DNA from: Phoronis australis
Lineage: Eukaryota > Animalia > Phoronida
DNA: 64,000 nucleotides
Direction: 5' to 3'
Assembly: GCA_002633005.1 (NCBI GenBank)
Contig: NMRA01000312.1
Coordinates: forward strand, 1 to 64,000
In this document: positions 63,501 through 64,000 of the stretch, one piece after another
Position numbering within the stretch: position 1 is the stretch's first letter
How the letters are laid out: the number at the start of each line of letters is the position of its first letter
Notes under the pieces: generated by a model
The model's database searches: none
Told to the model about the DNA's origin: nothing
The model's input: the letters and a program-made list of their open reading frames with translations, nothing else
Program-made: the position numbers and the translations under genes

Positions 63501-63669
63501 ATTCGTAGTGCTATACAAATGCAGTCAAGTGTTCTTTATTCATCCTACCTTCCACTTAGTAAACTTTCCTTGAAAAATTCTTGGGTTGTCACGGAACCAG
63601 TCGGCTGGTACGTCGTTGTAGTTGTCGGGACCATTCTTTGTTTCGAGACCGTATGCACACGACGGTGAT
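42415..63669 (-). CDS. Gene B (5'-partial): membrane-anchored Delta-like protein, C2-DSL-~30 EGF-mucin-SEA-like-TM-cytoplasmic tail
   Basis: Exons 63669-63549 (or its duplicate 63097-62977), 59831-59665, 57963-57827, 54914-49510 (gapped), 49015-48856, 48270-48173 and 42577-42415 have GT/AG ends and compatible phases. The first two exons are expected beyond 64000. Confidence 0.88.
43785..44340 (+). mobile_element. Decayed LINE reverse-transcriptase fragment
   Basis: NHFVYANNLVLFSP (degenerate YADD) and LKVVQEIKYLGHII...DILRQRRKLYAQSN, with frameshifts. Confidence 0.7.
48173..48270 (-). CDS. Gene B transmembrane exon
   Basis: ttttcag|TWIEDNWYIVAGAAAAVLLLSIVGYLTFRCRR|gtaagc: a hydrophobic helix followed by a basic stop-transfer. 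Confidence 0.9.
48575..48680. repeat. CT-rich low-complexity tract
   Basis: Polypyrimidine ctctct/ccctt runs. Confidence 0.8.
48856..49015 (-). CDS. Gene B juxtamembrane exon (second half of a SEA-like alpha/beta domain)
   Basis: ttttag|G EEVTQVTFEVNANGQVLETEDVLSITPVNQLASSISAQVYDGAVNFKPTEGPK|gtaact; phases fit both neighbouring exons. Confidence 0.85.
49510..54914 (-). CDS. Gene B giant exon (gapped): end of DSL, EGF array, Thr/Ser-rich mucin stalk, start of SEA-like domain
   Basis: Acceptor ccttag|GT TGG gives GWIGKEC, which closes the DSL domain. At least ~24 sequenced EGF units plus gaps, ~630 aa of T/S-rich sequence, and donor AAT GG|gtgagt. An intron hidden in the gaps cannot be excluded. 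Confidence 0.88.
51990..54839 (-). repeat. Coding tandem array, 114-bp (38-aa) near-identical EGF unit
   Basis: ETNIDECQS(S/F)PCNNNGTCVDN(V/I)NGYTCNCKDGYSGVNC repeats with very few nucleotide changes; about 25 unit lengths including the gap. Confidence 0.95.
53303..53963. other. Assembly gap (661 N) inside the EGF array; a single-N join also at 54840
   Basis: Run of n. Confidence 0.99.
56428..56579. mobile_element. ~145-bp MITE family, copy
   Basis: ctcgcgttcagtaacgc...caagacttcgcgagatta...gcgttactgaacgcacgcctgg. Confidence 0.85.
56673..56915. mobile_element. MITE with 15-bp terminal inverted repeats
   Basis: CATGCGCGCACCCAG...CTGGGTGCGCGCATG, flanked by AATAA/AGTAA (a probable 5-bp TSD with one mismatch). 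Confidence 0.8.
57827..57963 (-). CDS. Gene B DSL exon
   Basis: (Q)LRVQFLTFCDPDYYGTDCGTFCKARDDSQGHYTCDAKTGNKICRT(G); 128/137 nt identical to 10798-10934. Confidence 0.95.
58085..58765. repeat. Foldback / inverted-repeat element
   Basis: Perfect inner arms tataaatcggtaaataaaacaac / gttgttttatttaccgatttata (58415-58510) and outer arms tgaccaagctccatacccgg / ccggttatggagtttggtca. Confidence 0.65.
59665..59831 (-). CDS. Gene B C2/MNNL exon (C-terminal half)
   Basis: NGVRMQLRVNDRDDNGDDLVDNFDYTHTDRPAPSERQAKWSSTVKLVGRESGSRT; boundaries ttacag|AAT and CA|gtaatt; paralog of 12503-12672. Confidence 0.9.
61277..61316 (-). ncRNA. Minimal hammerhead-ribozyme-like core in the Penelope terminal repeat
   Basis: CTGATGA-t-GTCT-loop-AGAC-GAAA-CGTT on the minus strand; stem I pairing is imperfect. 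Confidence 0.5.
62287..62327 (+). ncRNA. Minimal hammerhead-ribozyme-like core, second copy
   Basis: gatc-CTGATGA-tgtctaatgaaaagac-GAAA-cgttg. Confidence 0.5.
62977..63097 (-). CDS. Gene B C2/MNNL middle exon, copy 1
   Basis: SPSCAYGLETKNGPDNYNDVPADWFRDNPRIFQGKFTKWK; boundaries cgtag|A and AAG|gtagga; paralog of 21779-21896. Confidence 0.85.
63549..63669 (-). CDS. Gene B C2/MNNL middle exon, copy 2
   Basis: Same peptide as 62977-63097; the exonic differences I could see are synonymous. Confidence 0.85.
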
Positions 63670-64000
63670 CTACGAAGGTGTAATGTATTAGATTCAATCG
63701 CTCGATGGTTAAAAAAGGAGGGACAGAAATTAGCCCGTCGTTAAGAATGACGAAAACGTGTTACTCCTTTTGGGTAGCAGTCGCCAACTTGGCATACTGT
63801 TCGGGGTTATTCGTTTTTGTGGGTTATATTGGCGTAAACGTTGGAAACGTCAATATTTTTCCAAAATAATAAAGATTTTTGTGTTACGTTTTTCCGTTTG
63901 CTTCAACAATGACGCACATTACAACCTCGTAAGAAGACCATGGATGCGTCCTCAACTGTGTATACGCACTGAAATTTTTGTTCAGTTATGACTGGATGCA

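Larger units (their letters stand above)
62548..63700. repeat. ~575-bp tandem duplication joined by a single N (probably a haplotype/assembly overlap)
   Basis: 62548-63128 and 63130-63700 are near-identical apart from small indels; n at 63129. Confidence 0.9.

Noticed and set aside
62548-63700. Tandemly duplicated C2 exon as a mutually exclusive splicing cassette
   Set aside because: The copies meet exactly at a single N, encode the same peptide and differ only slightly, as expected for two haplotypes joined by the assembler. Including both would shift the frame (121 nt). Long reads would be needed to rescue the idea.

Overview
AT-rich, intron- and transposon-rich animal (probably invertebrate) genomic DNA with several assembly gaps. 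The main content is a cluster of non-canonical Delta/Serrate-type (C2/MNNL-DSL-EGF) genes, whose exons I assembled by hand from GT-AG boundaries and matching reading-frame phases. Gene A (minus strand, 6 exons, 28849->5622, ~1097 aa) encodes signal peptide, C2, DSL and 23 EGF repeats, then stops. It is apparently secreted, although a candidate transmembrane exon lies ~1 kb downstream. Gene B (minus strand, 5' end outside the window, ->42415) encodes C2, DSL, roughly 30 EGF repeats (mostly a near-identical 114-bp array), a ~630-aa mucin stalk, a SEA-like domain, a TM helix and a short tail with YDN/NKVY/YMEM motifs. A paralogous tail exon on the plus strand (1547-1703) points to a third family member. 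The DSL exon is almost identical between A and B, while the neighbouring C2 exons have diverged. Introns and spacers hold a decayed LINE, a truncated Gypsy element, a rearranged Penelope element with hammerhead-like cores, a THAP fragment and several MITE/hairpin families. All assignments come from reading the sequence; no database search was run.
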